Assembly (NCBI GenBank): GCA_965206595.1
Contig: OZ242214.1
Coordinates: forward strand, 1,394,986 to 1,458,985
Direction: 5' to 3'
DNA from: Candidatus Latescibacterota bacterium
GTDB taxonomy: Bacteria > Latescibacterota > UBA2968 > UBA8231
Length of the DNA stretch: 64,000 nt
Shown: positions 1 through 9,608 of the stretch, in pieces
Position numbering within the stretch: position 1 is the first letter of the stretch
Layout of the letters: each line of letters starts with the position of its first letter
Program-made: the position numbers and the translations under genes
Notes under the pieces: model-generated
What the model was told of the DNA's origin: nothing
What the model saw: the letters and a program-made list of their open reading frames with translations, nothing else
The model's database searches: none

Positions 1-1196
1 TCACCATCACGTTCTTCTTTTTCGGCTGGTGGATCTATTTCGCCTTCCCCAACGGACCCGGCTTTACCGGGGGCCTCGTCGAGGCGCCTCACGCAGTAGC
101 CTGGAGCCAGCTCATGGGCCCCCACATGGGGGGCGCCGGCGACCCTGACGGTTGGGCGCGCCTCAACGGCGTCTTCTGGGCGGCCTTTCTCCTGTTCTCG
201 TGGACGGCCGCCTCCATCGTCTCGGGTTCGGTCATCGAACGCATCCGCTCCTCGGCCTTCTGGATCCTGGCGATCCTGATCGGATCGGTGTTCTGGGTCA
301 TCGACGCGGCCTGGGGCTGGCACGCCGAAGGCTGGATGGTGCAGCTGCTCGGTTATCACGACGCCTATGCCTCCGGGGTGATCCACGCCATTGCCGGCGG
401 CTTCGCTCTCGGGGTCCTGGTGGTGCTCGGTCCGCGCATCGGCAAGTTCGCCCCCGACGGCACCCCGAGGAGCCTGAATCCCCGCAACCCCTGGCTGGTG
501 ACCATCGGACTGTTCCTGATCTACACTGGCTTCTGGGGGTTCTACGTGGCCTGCAACGTTCCGATGTGGGACGTGCAGAGCGGCGACGGAACTTTCTACT
601 CCGCCACCAACATCTACCTCGCTCCCACGACCTTGTCGGCGATCACCGTGAACTTCCTCATGGCCCTGTCCGGAGGACTTCTCGCGGGTTACGTCATCTC
701 CCGGGGGGACGCCTACTGGACCTATTCCTCCGGCCTCGCCGGGATCATCGCCGCCTCGGCAGGCAACGACCTGTACCATCCGATCCAGGCGATGATCATC
801 GCCGCCCTCGGCGTCCTGTTCATGTACAAGATGCACTACTGGGTCGAAAGGCGGTTCAAGGTCGACGACGCGGTGGGCGCGGTGGCAGTCCACGGCTACG
901 CCGGTTTTTTCGGCGTCGTCATCTGCGGATTCGTGCTCTGGGGCTATCCCTCTTCCCCCAACGGGGACTACGCGTCCATCAATCCGTTGGGTCAGATCGC
1001 CGGCGCCGTGATCATGTTCGCGGTGTTGGGCTTCATCCCGGGGTGGATCGCCGCCAGGATCATCAACGCCCTGGGCGGGCTCCGCATTCCGCGGGAAGTC
1101 GAGCTGGCAGGCCTCGACTTCAGCACCGCCCACGACCGCGCGCAGGAGGAGCAGGGCATCATCCACGCCGAGCGCGAGGAGCTCGGCAGGGTCTGA
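1..1196 (+). CDS. amt: Ammonium transporter (Amt/MEP family), 5'-partial (runs off window start)
   Basis: Frame of ORF 114..1196 stays open back to base 3 (TFFFFGWWIYFAFPNGPGF...). Multi-pass membrane protein with Amt-like segments VHAIAGGFALGVLVVLGPRIGKF and VHGYAGFFGVV. Stop at 1194-1196. Confidence 0.9.
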   Translation, partial: TITFFFFGWWIYFAFPNGPGFTGGLVEAPHAVAWSQLMGPHMGGAGDPDGWARLNGVFWAAFLLFSWTAASIVSGSVIERIRSSAFWILAILIGSVFWVIDAAWGWHAEGWMVQLLGYHDAYASGVIHAIAGGFALGVLVVLGPRIGKFAPDGTPRSLNPRNPWLVTIGLFLIYTGFWGFYVACNVPMWDVQSGDGTFYSATNIYLAPTTLSAITVNFLMALSGGLLAGYVISRGDAYWTYSSGLAGIIAASAGNDLYHPIQAMIIAALGVLFMYKMHYWVERRFKVDDAVGAVAVHGYAGFFGVVICGFVLWGYPSSPNGDYASINPLGQIAGAVIMFAVLGFIPGWIAARIINALGGLRIPREVELAGLDFSTAHDRAQEEQGIIHAEREELGRV

Positions 1197-1264
1197 TTCG
1201 CCTGACGTCCCCTCGAGGGGCGGAGATCGGAACATAGCAGCATACCGGAATACAGGAGAAAGTC

Positions 1265-1498
1265 ATGACTACGGGAAACGTCGAAAGCTGGGGGGGCAAC
1301 ATCTCGGAGATCGGCCCTATGTACCCCTTCGTCGGTTCGGAGGTTCTGCTGTTCGTTGTCGGAATGGCCCTGTGGGTCGTCTGGCACGTCCTGCAGATCC
1401 GCACCGAGACGAGGAGCTACGAGGACGAGATACAGCGTTTCGGCGACAAGGAGACGCTGCAGAAGATCCTAGATGCCGAGGATCCGTACGCTCCCTAA
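1265..1498 (+). CDS. Small hypothetical membrane protein (77 aa, one hydrophobic helix) directly downstream of amt
   Basis: ATG preceded by AGGAGAAAG; GC-rich third positions; hydrophobic stretch LLFVVGMALWVVW. No family recognised. Confidence 0.45.
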   Translation: MTTGNVESWGGNISEIGPMYPFVGSEVLLFVVGMALWVVWHVLQIRTETRSYEDEIQRFGDKETLQKILDAEDPYAP

Positions 1499-1628
1499 GA
1501 GACGGAGGAACAACAACCGACCAGCAGCAGCGCAGCCCGAAACCGGGAGGCCCTGAGCCTCATCCCATCGGCATAGGCCCCTTCGTGCGTGAGCACGTGC
1601 CCGTGTGGGGGGGGCCTTCCCCTCCGGC

Positions 1629-2744
1629 CTACCAGTCCACGACCGACCCGTCGTCCGGGTCGAAGTGAACTCGATAGGGACGCGGTTCGCCGACTTGATC
1701 CATCAGCTTGTCTTCGTCGATGGCGATGCCCCGTGGGCAGGGGTCGGTGGCCGTTGGCGACAGGCGGCAGAGGTTTTGCAAGCAGGTCCTCGTATTCGTT
1801 GCCTCCGCCCTCCTGGGTGAGAAAGTTGGGGATGGCAGCGGCGATCTGCAGACTCGCTGCGAGCGAACAGGGACCTTGGGGGTTGTGCGGGGCCAGCGGC
1901 GAGTAGTAGGCCTCGGCCATGCCGGCGATGATCTTCAATTCCGTGATGCCTCCGGCATAGCAGACATCCGGCTGCAGGATGTGGGCGGCGCGCTTTTCGA
2001 GGATTTCCTTGAATCCCCACTTGGTAAAGATGCGCTCGCCGGTGGCAATGGGGATGTGGGTCTTTTCGGCGAGCTCGGCCATGACATCGACGTTGAGGGC
2101 CTGCACGATTTCCTCGTAGAACCTAGGGATGATACGGTTCGAGCGCCTTGATGAGCAGCGAGGCGGTAGGAGGCTGTACTGCGCCGTGAAAGTCAACGGC
2201 GATATCGACGCCGGAGCCGTGTTGTTCGCGGAGCGCCTTGAAACGCTCGACGATCTCATCGACGAATTTCTGGCCCTCGATGTATTTGAAGGGGGAACGC
2301 GACGTGCCCGGACCCACCTTCATGGCGTTGACGCCGGTCTTTTCGCTCACTTCGCCATATACCCGAATCCGATCGCGCGTTGGGCCGCCGAGCAGCTTGT
2401 ACACGGGCACGTCATAGCATTTTCCGGTGATGTCCCAAAGGGCCATGTCAATGCCGGAGGAGATGGCGGTTTTGATCGGGCCCCCGCGATAGAAGGCGCC
2501 GCGGTGGATGGCCTGCCAGTGATGGGTGACCGGGCGGGGATCCTTTCCTACCAAGATAATCGGCGACTTCGAGGGCGCCGGCGGCACATGCCTTGGCGTC
2601 GTTCTTGAGCATTTCGCCCCAACCGGCGATACCCGCGTCCGTCGAGATCTTGACGAAGACCCAGGAGTTTTTGAGAACGAACGCCTCGATCCTGGTGACC
2701 TTGATCGCATCGTTGGGCCCGATCGGGGCTTGAGCGCTCGACAT
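1629..2744 (-). pseudogene. Enolase-superfamily dehydratase (mandelate racemase/muconate-lactonizing family, D-galactonate dehydratase-like) broken by three 1-nt frameshifts
   Basis: N-terminus in frame of ORF 2448..2744 (VFVKISTDAGIAGWGE), middle in ORF 2123..2752 (AFYRGGPIKTAISSGIDMALWDITGK...DIAVDFHG), C-terminal part in ORF 1495..2259 (HIPIATGERIF...ILQPDVCYAGGITE), last 35 codons back in the first frame (GIAIDEDKLMDQVGEPRPYRVHFDPDDGSVVDW, stop 1629-1631). Shifts near 2550, 2125 and 1740. Start has GAGGA RBS. Confidence 0.7.
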
Positions 2745-2932
2745 GGCAACAATCCTCTGGTTTCTGGGTGATGCTCCGGCCGCCGGCGAATGCTTCTGCG
2801 GCAGCTTCGAGTTTCCTGGAGTACCGGCTCCTGCGGTACCGGAATGGAGCGGCTGGATTTTCCCCCTGGTGCCGAAGGCTACCTCGAGCTTCGGTCAGGT
2901 GCCGTTCCCCGGAGGAATTGGCGTCCGCGGGC

Positions 2933-4048
2933 TCAGCCGCGGTCCGGCCCCGAGGGCAGGGGCGGCAGCTCCCCCAGGCGCCCCCCGTAGAGCTTGTTCA
3001 GCAGGCCGGCGCGCAGGACCTCGGCGTCATCTTCCGGGAACCGGTCCGGGTGGCACCAGCGCGCGACGAGATCGACGGTGAAGATGTACTTCAGGGTCCA
3101 GAAGTCGCAGGAGAACGGATCGGGAAGCTCGTGCACCCTCCCGTTGCGTACCGCCTTGACCGTGCGCCATCCTGACATCTCTCCCAGGTCCCCGGTGTCG
3201 AGCCGGTCGTTGCACCACATGACGATCAGCTCCGGGTTCCAGACGAGGACGTTCTCGAGGTTGACCACCAGCGACTCGAGGTCGCTGCCGGCCGCCACGT
3301 TGGTCCCGCCGGCCAGCTCGATCAGCTCCTGCACGGTGCTGTTGCGGCCGGCGGTCCCCAGCGGCCCCTGGGCCCACATGAAGTAGACGCGCGGCAGGGC
3401 GGATGGCCCTTCTCCTTCGAGGGGGGCGACCCTGCGCCGCACCGCCTCCAGCTCCTCACGGGCGATGGCGAGGAGTTCGTCCGCCCGCTCCCGGGTGCCG
3501 GTCAGCTCGCCGAGGGCGGCGATCTCCCGGTGGATGTCCTCGAAGCGCTCGATGAAGACCCCGAAGACGGGGATCCCCTTCTCCTCGAGGGCGGCTATCG
3601 ACTCCTCCTGGCCGGACCAGACGATCACTAGGTCAGGCTGCAGCGCCACCATGCTCTCGATATTGACGAAGTCCCAGTTGCCCGGCGTCGCCAGGGTGCG
3701 CTCGCGCATGCGCTCGTCCATGGCAGCGTAGTACGGGAAGACGCTCCCTTGGTAGACGTTGGTCGAGATGCCGACGAGGCGGTCCTCGGCCCCGAGCATG
3801 TAGAGTCCGCTGAGGGCGCTTTCGAGCAGGCAGACGATGCGCTCCGCCGGCTTCTCAAGCTCGATGCGCTTGCCGCGGAAATCGGTGACCCTCACCCCTT
3901 CGGTGGCCGCCACCCCTTCCGCGGCCGCAGGATCGCCGGGGAGGAGGAGGGAAAGGGGAAGAAGAAGGAGGAGGTGAAAAAGCAGGGGCCCCGCGGCGGC
4001 CGCTCCCGGTAGGGGGGGCGCCGCGGGGCCGCAAGCTGCAACGGTCAT
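2933..4048 (-). CDS. Periplasmic substrate-binding protein of an iron-siderophore/cobalamin-type ABC transporter (TroA/BtuF/FhuD-like)
   Basis: N-terminal signal-like hydrophobic region (LLFHLLLLLPLSLLL); PBP-type layout (RIVCLLESALSGLYMLGAEDRLVGIS ... LQPDLVIVWSG); 25 bp downstream of the TonB receptor on the same strand. Confidence 0.8.
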   Translation of the reverse strand: MTVAACGPAAPPLPGAAAAGPLLFHLLLLLPLSLLLPGDPAAAEGVAATEGVRVTDFRGKRIELEKPAERIVCLLESALSGLYMLGAEDRLVGISTNVYQGSVFPYYAAMDERMRERTLATPGNWDFVNIESMVALQPDLVIVWSGQEESIAALEEKGIPVFGVFIERFEDIHREIAALGELTGTRERADELLAIAREELEAVRRRVAPLEGEGPSALPRVYFMWAQGPLGTAGRNSTVQELIELAGGTNVAAGSDLESLVVNLENVLVWNPELIVMWCNDRLDTGDLGEMSGWRTVKAVRNGRVHELPDPFSCDFWTLKYIFTVDLVARWCHPDRFPEDDAEVLRAGLLNKLYGGRLGELPPLPSGPDRG

Positions 4049-4073
4049 CGGCTAGTGCCTTCGCGTGCAGGCA

Positions 4074-6137
4074 CTAGAAGCTGACCATCAGACCGCCGTT
4101 GGTCGAGAAGCCGGGATCCTGGAATCCCCAGGGCATCTCGAAGGTCTGGTTGGTGAGGTTGTAGGGCTCGAGGAAGAGGGTCAGATCGTACCCGTCCCGG
4201 GTGCTGACTCCGTACTGGACCCGGGCGTTCACCAGGAAGTACCCGGGGAGGGGGTCGTCAGCGTCCGTGTTTGGATCATCCTTCCTGATGTCCGAGTAGA
4301 TGCCGCTGTAGGATTGGGCCGTGACCGTCGCCCGCAGGCCCTGGGCAAGGGTCAGGTGGACGCCGAGGCCGATGACGCTCTCAGGAACGAAGTTGATCTT
4401 GGCGCCGATCAGATCCTCATTCTCGTGCTCTTTCACCTCGGCGTTGGTGTAGGTGTAGTTGGCGAACCACTCCACCATGTCGCTAAGGCGGTGGGTGACC
4501 TCCAGTTCGGCGCCGTTGGTCGCGGTGTTGCCGGCGTTGATGTCCTGCGACTGGGGCGCGCCTTCTACCTCCACCTGCACGATCTGGTCCTCGAGGGCGA
4601 TGTTGAAGCCCCGCAGGCCGACCTGCAGACCCGCCATGGGCCGGTAGTTCACGCCCAGGTCGATGCTGGTGCCCGCCTCCGGCTTGATGTCCGGATTGGG
4701 CAGGTGGCCGCTGTCCGTGCTACCCAGGGGGACGGTGCCGCCCACCGACTTTTGGGAAGGGGCCTTGAAGCTGGTGCCGAAATTGGTGTACACGGCCAGC
4801 TCGTCGCTGTGGTTGTAGCGGGCCCCGGCGCTGTAGAGGAGCTTGTTCCAGGAGTTGCTCTCTTCTCCCGGAGGAGCGCCGCTCAACAGCTCGATGTCGT
4901 GGGCGATGCTCGTGAAGCGTGCCCCGGCCCGCAGGGTGAGGTTGTTCAGGCGGAACTCCTCCTGGGCGTAGAGGCCCAGGCCGGTGGCGGTGCCCTCGTT
5001 GTTGGTGTTCAGAACGCCCGACTCCGAGGTGTTCTTGTAAGAGGCGAGCTGGTAGTCGGCGCCCACGGTGAGCACGTCTGACTCGCGGGTGATGACGGAG
5101 ACGGAGAAATCGGCCGGCATCACCGACTGGTCGACGCCGTCCTCCGAGCGCAGGGCGAGGCTCTCGGGGATGACCACCCCAAGGGAATCGCGAGCGAAGT
5201 TGTCTTCCTCCCAGCGGCGCACGTAGTCGCGGTAGCCGACCTTTGCGCGGGCGGTGATCTTGTCGGAGACCGGGTGGATGTATCCGGCGTTCAGGGTGGT
5301 GTAGGTGTGGCCGAAGTCCCGGTTCGGGCGGCCGCCATCGCCGGTGTGCCAGGTGCGGTGGGCATAGAGGGAGACCCGCTGGCCGCTGTCGTTGAGGTAG
5401 TAGGTTCCCCGCATGTACATCTTGGTCTTCTCGTAGTTCGGGGAATCGTCCTCGAGCATGTTCAGCCAGGAGTTTCTATTGCCGTCCTCGTCGAAGGTGC
5501 CGTAATAGGTGTAGTCGGAGTCCTCGTGGTGCCCGCCGAAGAAGAGGTGCAGGTTGCCGGCTGCCCTCTGGTGGAAGAAACGGCCGCCGATCGTCTTGTA
5601 GGAACCGCCGTACACCGAGGCGCTGGTGCGGGTGTTCCTGACCCTCTCCCGGAGGATGAAGTTGGCCGTGCCCGCCAGGGGCGACTGGTTGCCGGCGAAG
5701 TCCATGGCGAGGTAGGTCGGATAGAGCACCGAAGCCGAACCGCGCTGGTCCTCTACCCGTTCGAATGCCCAGGGGTCGAGGCTCTGCAGATCGACGAAGG
5801 CGTCGATCGGCAGGCCGTCGAGCATGTAGCCCTTGTAGGTGTGCGCGAGGCCGCCGGAGGACCCCCAGTTGGCGTCGTTGCGGGACAGCACGTTGGCGAA
5901 GTTGCCCGGGCTGTAGGAGAGGATTTCGGCGAGGTTGCCGTTGCCCTGGACCAGGGAGCCGATCTCGTCGGAGGTGATGATGGAGATCTTCTGGGTCACG
6001 TTGCCCGGCGTCTGCGGCAGCTTGGAGCCGGTGACGATGACCTCCTCCATTTCGGTGATATCTTCCTCATGGCTGTCGGCAAAGGCCAGGCCGGCGCCGA
6101 GGCAGAGGAACAGCGGGATGTGAAGAAGTCGCTTCAT
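4074..6137 (-). CDS. TonB-dependent outer-membrane receptor
   Basis: 687 aa; signal peptide MKRLLHIPLFLCLGAGLAFA; plug-like N-terminal region (EEVIVTGSK...), long beta-barrel-like body, C-terminal aromatic residue (...GGLMVSF); GGGAGG RBS. Confidence 0.9.
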   Translation of the reverse strand: MKRLLHIPLFLCLGAGLAFADSHEEDITEMEEVIVTGSKLPQTPGNVTQKISIITSDEIGSLVQGNGNLAEILSYSPGNFANVLSRNDANWGSSGGLAHTYKGYMLDGLPIDAFVDLQSLDPWAFERVEDQRGSASVLYPTYLAMDFAGNQSPLAGTANFILRERVRNTRTSASVYGGSYKTIGGRFFHQRAAGNLHLFFGGHHEDSDYTYYGTFDEDGNRNSWLNMLEDDSPNYEKTKMYMRGTYYLNDSGQRVSLYAHRTWHTGDGGRPNRDFGHTYTTLNAGYIHPVSDKITARAKVGYRDYVRRWEEDNFARDSLGVVIPESLALRSEDGVDQSVMPADFSVSVITRESDVLTVGADYQLASYKNTSESGVLNTNNEGTATGLGLYAQEEFRLNNLTLRAGARFTSIAHDIELLSGAPPGEESNSWNKLLYSAGARYNHSDELAVYTNFGTSFKAPSQKSVGGTVPLGSTDSGHLPNPDIKPEAGTSIDLGVNYRPMAGLQVGLRGFNIALEDQIVQVEVEGAPQSQDINAGNTATNGAELEVTHRLSDMVEWFANYTYTNAEVKEHENEDLIGAKINFVPESVIGLGVHLTLAQGLRATVTAQSYSGIYSDIRKDDPNTDADDPLPGYFLVNARVQYGVSTRDGYDLTLFLEPYNLTNQTFEMPWGFQDPGFSTNGGLMVSF

Positions 6138-6316
6138 TGAGTATGCCTCCCGTGTGTGAAGCGGTGCGAACTACGAACTACGCAGGGTGAGTATATTCCC
6201 GTGACCGGCCCGAAAGCCGGTGTCGAACAAATAATAACTAAAAGGGATTCCCACTTCATCCACAGGCCATTCACTGGCCGGATGAGGATGCGAATCGCAG
6301 CAGAAGGAAAGTGGAT

Positions 6317-7126
6317 ATGAGGTTGCTGGCCATTTTTGCTCACCCGGACGACGAGTCGTTCATCTGCGGCGGGACCTTGGCAAAGGCAGCGTCCGAAGGG
6401 CACGACGTCCACCTGGTCTGCGCCACCCGCGGGGAGGAGGGAGAGATCGTCCACCCCGGGATCGACCCGGACCGCTACCCCAAGGGGGAGGAACGGGGAA
6501 GGCTGCGGTCCGAGGAGCTGGAAAGCGCCGGCGCGATCATGGGAGTCGCCCCGCCGGTCTGGCTCGGCCACTGCGATTCAGGCTTCCCTGTCGAGGTCGG
6601 GCGCGGCAACCCGCGGGCGCTGATGAACCAGGAATCGGTTGCCCTGGAGCGGCAGCTTCTGCCGATCATCGCGGAACTGCGGCCGCAGGTGATGATCACC
6701 TTCGACCCCCACGGGCTTTACCCCCACGCCGACCACGTCGCCATTCACCGCGCCGCGGCCGCGGCGTTCTGGTCGGCCGGCAGCGTCGCGCAGCCGGCGC
6801 CGAGGCGCCTGTACTATCCGGTCTATCCCCTGGAGTTGTTGCGCGAGACGCAGGAAAAGCATTCCGCTGCCCCGATGGCCGACGTCGAGGCGGACCTGTG
6901 CGGGGTGTCGGACGACTCGATCGCGGCCGCAATCGACATTCGCGGCCATGAAGAGCAGAAACTGGCCGCGATCTGCGCCCATGCCTCGCAGTTCGGCACC
7001 GAGGAGCAGGCGCGCGCCCAGATCGAGCAAAGGCCTCAGATGATGGCAGTGGAGCATTACGCTCTCGGTGGCCTGAGGGGAAGCTTCCCGCCGATGCCGG
7101 TCGACTGCCTGTTTTCGGGCTTCTAA
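6317..7126 (+). CDS. PIG-L/LmbE-family N-acetylglucosaminyl deacetylase
   Basis: N-terminal AIFAHPDDESFICGGTLA motif, later HPHADH; ATG at 6317 is 7 nt after GAAGGAAAG (ORF track opens at GTG 6311). Confidence 0.85.
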   Translation: MRLLAIFAHPDDESFICGGTLAKAASEGHDVHLVCATRGEEGEIVHPGIDPDRYPKGEERGRLRSEELESAGAIMGVAPPVWLGHCDSGFPVEVGRGNPRALMNQESVALERQLLPIIAELRPQVMITFDPHGLYPHADHVAIHRAAAAAFWSAGSVAQPAPRRLYYPVYPLELLRETQEKHSAAPMADVEADLCGVSDDSIAAAIDIRGHEEQKLAAICAHASQFGTEEQARAQIEQRPQMMAVEHYALGGLRGSFPPMPVDCLFSGF

Positions 7127-7230
7127 GACTGAGGCGAGTCCCGAAACAACCGCTACCGGGCTGGGCAAGCCCCTGCATGGCGCCCGCTTCGCCGTTCCGT
7201 CCCGAGAAACCCGGGAAGCCCGGGACCCGA

Positions 7231-7693
7231 TCACTCGAAGTCGGACGAACTCTGGTTGAACTGCGTCGGCCAGCCGTTCCCGCATCGGCGTCGAAAACCG
7301 CGAGCCAGACGGTGACGGTCTCCCGCGGTTCGAGGGGCCAGTACCTGGCATCCTGGTGCCAGGGAACCGTCGATTCGTCGTGGGGGAACTTGATGAAGAA
7401 GGCCCCTCCCCACTGGTAGAAGTCGGGGCCGAGAAGGTCCTCGACGTAGTCGAGAACGGCGGGGATGCGGCCCAGCTCATGGACCAGCGGTTCGCCTTGT
7501 GCCAGTTGTTGACGCGGTAGATGTCGACGCTGTCCGGCACGCTGTCGACGAGCTCCGTGAACTCCCGCTGCAGCGTCGCGACCCCCTCCTCGTCGAGCAG
7601 GCGCAGGTTCTTCAGGTAACCGGTCTCGTGGAACTGTTCGATCCGGGCCGGGGTCAGGCGCAGGCCCCTGGCCGCGGCGGCGATTTCAGACAT
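7231..7693 (-). pseudogene. PhyH-family dioxygenase remnant (frameshifted, C-terminally truncated)
   Basis: Starts MSEIAAAARGLRLTPARIEQFHETGYL; after a shift near 7485 the alternate frame continues LVHELGRIPAVLDYVEDLLGPDFYQWGGAFFIKFPHDESTVPWHQDARYWPLEP (H-x-D iron motif); a second shift leads to a stop at 7231, so the distal His and Arg are missing. Confidence 0.6.
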
Positions 7694-7887
7694 GGGAGGT
7701 CTCCTCGTCGGGCTGGTGAAAGGGCCATGGCGAACCGACGCAAGGCCTAAGAGCGGACCCTGATTCTGCGTGCCTCGCGAACCTCACGGAGCCCCGCGCC
7801 GTCAACTCCAGGGATTGCGGACGTCAATTTCCGTTCTCCTGGCGAATCGGACCGCTGACCGGCCGGTCCCTCCGGCAGCGGCTCCGC

Positions 7888-8820
7888 CTACAGAGGGCTG
7901 GTGGTCGCCGCGGCCCCTGCCCGCTCTTCGGCCCACGCCTTGAGCGGGACGTCGTCCCAGTTCGAAGTGATCCAGTACTGGGAGGAGGGGTGGAACTCCG
8001 GCGTCTCCCCGAGGGGAGGCGACCCGGTGGCCAGCGCTCCCAGCAGCTGGCGGCGTATCGGAGAGCTGCGCGCGATCAGCTCGGGGTCCTGCTCGATGTA
8101 GTCGGTGGGCCGCAGCCAGCGGTAGTGGTAGCCGACGTGCATGATCTGGCGCGTCCTCGCCGACAGGTTGGGGCCGACGCAGTGCCAGGTCGCGGTGCGC
8201 CAGAGCACCGCGGTGCCGGGGGGAATCCTCAGCTCGACCGCGTCGTCGGGATCGACCGCGGAACCGTTCCGCAGCTCCTGCGGCCGCCGCAGGTGGCTGC
8301 CGGGCACCACCCAAAGGTTGCCGGAGTTCGACTCGCCGAGGTCGGAGAAGGCATAGAAGATCTTGACCTCCATGAACGGCAGGCGCCCGTCGAGGGAGGG
8401 GGCCTCGAACAGGTAGCTGCCGGCGAGATCGGGGTGCCAGTTGACGTTGCGGTACCCGGCCCGATGATCCTCCCCGTCGCCAAGGCCGACCCCTCCGGTT
8501 CGCATCCGGCGGGGGTAGGGCGGCCGGTAGTCGAGGTGGGAGGTGCGGATCTGGATGTTCCAGCCGATGGCGTCGACGACCAGGGGAAGGGCCTTCGGGT
8601 GATCGATCAGGTCGAGGAAAGCGTCGTGCTGGGCGAGGGCGTTGCGGACGGCAAAAGGCTCTTCGGGACCGAGGCCGGTCGATTCCCGGAGACGGGCGGC
8701 CACCTCGTCGACCGCTTCGAGCAGGCGGCCGACTTCGTACGGCTCGAGGAAGTCGTCGAGGATGACGTACCCCTTCTCCTCGAAGTCCCGCTGCTGCTCT
8801 GCGGTCATGGCGATGGCCAT
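7888..8820 (-). CDS. Phytanoyl-CoA dioxygenase (PhyH) family Fe(II)/2-oxoglutarate-dependent oxygenase
   Basis: 310 aa; N-terminal TAEQQRDFEEKGYVILDDFL, H-x-D (NWHPD), distal His (TWHCVGPN) and Arg. Confidence 0.85.
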   Translation of the reverse strand: MAIAMTAEQQRDFEEKGYVILDDFLEPYEVGRLLEAVDEVAARLRESTGLGPEEPFAVRNALAQHDAFLDLIDHPKALPLVVDAIGWNIQIRTSHLDYRPPYPRRMRTGGVGLGDGEDHRAGYRNVNWHPDLAGSYLFEAPSLDGRLPFMEVKIFYAFSDLGESNSGNLWVVPGSHLRRPQELRNGSAVDPDDAVELRIPPGTAVLWRTATWHCVGPNLSARTRQIMHVGYHYRWLRPTDYIEQDPELIARSSPIRRQLLGALATGSPPLGETPEFHPSSQYWITSNWDDVPLKAWAEERAGAAATTSPL

Positions 8821-8848
8821 CGTTCGGCTCTCGTCGCGCCTTGGGGGG

Positions 8849-9493
8849 TCAGTTCGACCCGGCCCAGCGCACCCCCTGGGTCATCAGCGCCTGCATGGCC
8901 GGACGCTGGAAGGTGCCGGCGGTGTGCCCGAGGGCGGTGTAGAAGACCCGCCCCGCCTTGTACGGCTTGACCCAGGCCATCGGATGCGGCTTGTCGCTCC
9001 ACTCCGCCGTGGCGAGGATGCGGATGGCGGGATCCCAGGCCGACATGTAGATCTCGTCCTCGACCTCGAAGTCGGAGATGCCCCGGGTCACCGGGTGGGT
9101 GCCGTCCTCGATGTTCACGGTGAAAGTCAGGCCGGGAGGATGCCAGTTGGCGTGCCCGCCGAGGAGATCGACAGCGCGCGCCCCGACCCACCAGCCGGTG
9201 CCGTGGACTCCGACCAGGCCCTTGCCGCCGGCGACGAAATCGAACAGCCCGTCCTCCTGTTCCTGGGTGAGGTCGGGCTCCCGCAGCACGCCCCCGTCCG
9301 GCCCCTGGAAGGCGCGGGTGAACCCGGTTCCGAACACGCAGGCGTCGAACTCGCGCAGCGCCGCGGAAGCGAGGATGTCCTTGTCGCCGTCCAGTTGCGC
9401 TTCGAGGTCGCCGGCCGTATTAAGGAATCCGCAGATCACCTCGGCGCTCTGCCCGAAGCCGTGATTTTCGCCCGACAAAACCAGAACCTTCAT
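8849..9493 (-). CDS. ThuA-domain protein (class I glutamine amidotransferase-like fold)
   Basis: 214 aa; MKVLVLSGENHGF ... FYTALGHTAGTF; GGAGGG RBS 9 nt upstream of ATG. Confidence 0.8.
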   Translation of the reverse strand: MKVLVLSGENHGFGQSAEVICGFLNTAGDLEAQLDGDKDILASAALREFDACVFGTGFTRAFQGPDGGVLREPDLTQEQEDGLFDFVAGGKGLVGVHGTGWWVGARAVDLLGGHANWHPPGLTFTVNIEDGTHPVTRGISDFEVEDEIYMSAWDPAIRILATAEWSDKPHPMAWVKPYKAGRVFYTALGHTAGTFQRPAMQALMTQGVRWAGSN

Positions 9494-9608
9494 TCGCAGT
9501 CCCTCCGTTGTGGTGGAATAGCATCCCGATATGGTTGCTCAGCAGGCCAAGGCCTGCCGCAGCCCAGATGGACTTCAGCAACGGGCTGATAACCCGGGGA
9601 AGATAGAT

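Noticed and set aside
152-1237. 361-aa ORF overlapping the ammonium transporter in an alternative frame
   Set aside because: Arg-rich, low-complexity translation; the other frame encodes a clear Amt-type membrane protein.
6138-6310. Possible cobalamin riboswitch in the leader of the TonB receptor gene (contains GCCAGTG and GGGAATCCC, reminiscent of B12-box elements)
   Set aside because: The B12-box-like element is in the wrong position and order relative to the other conserved blocks, and the core GCCACTG is not matched; this cannot be supported without a covariance-model search.
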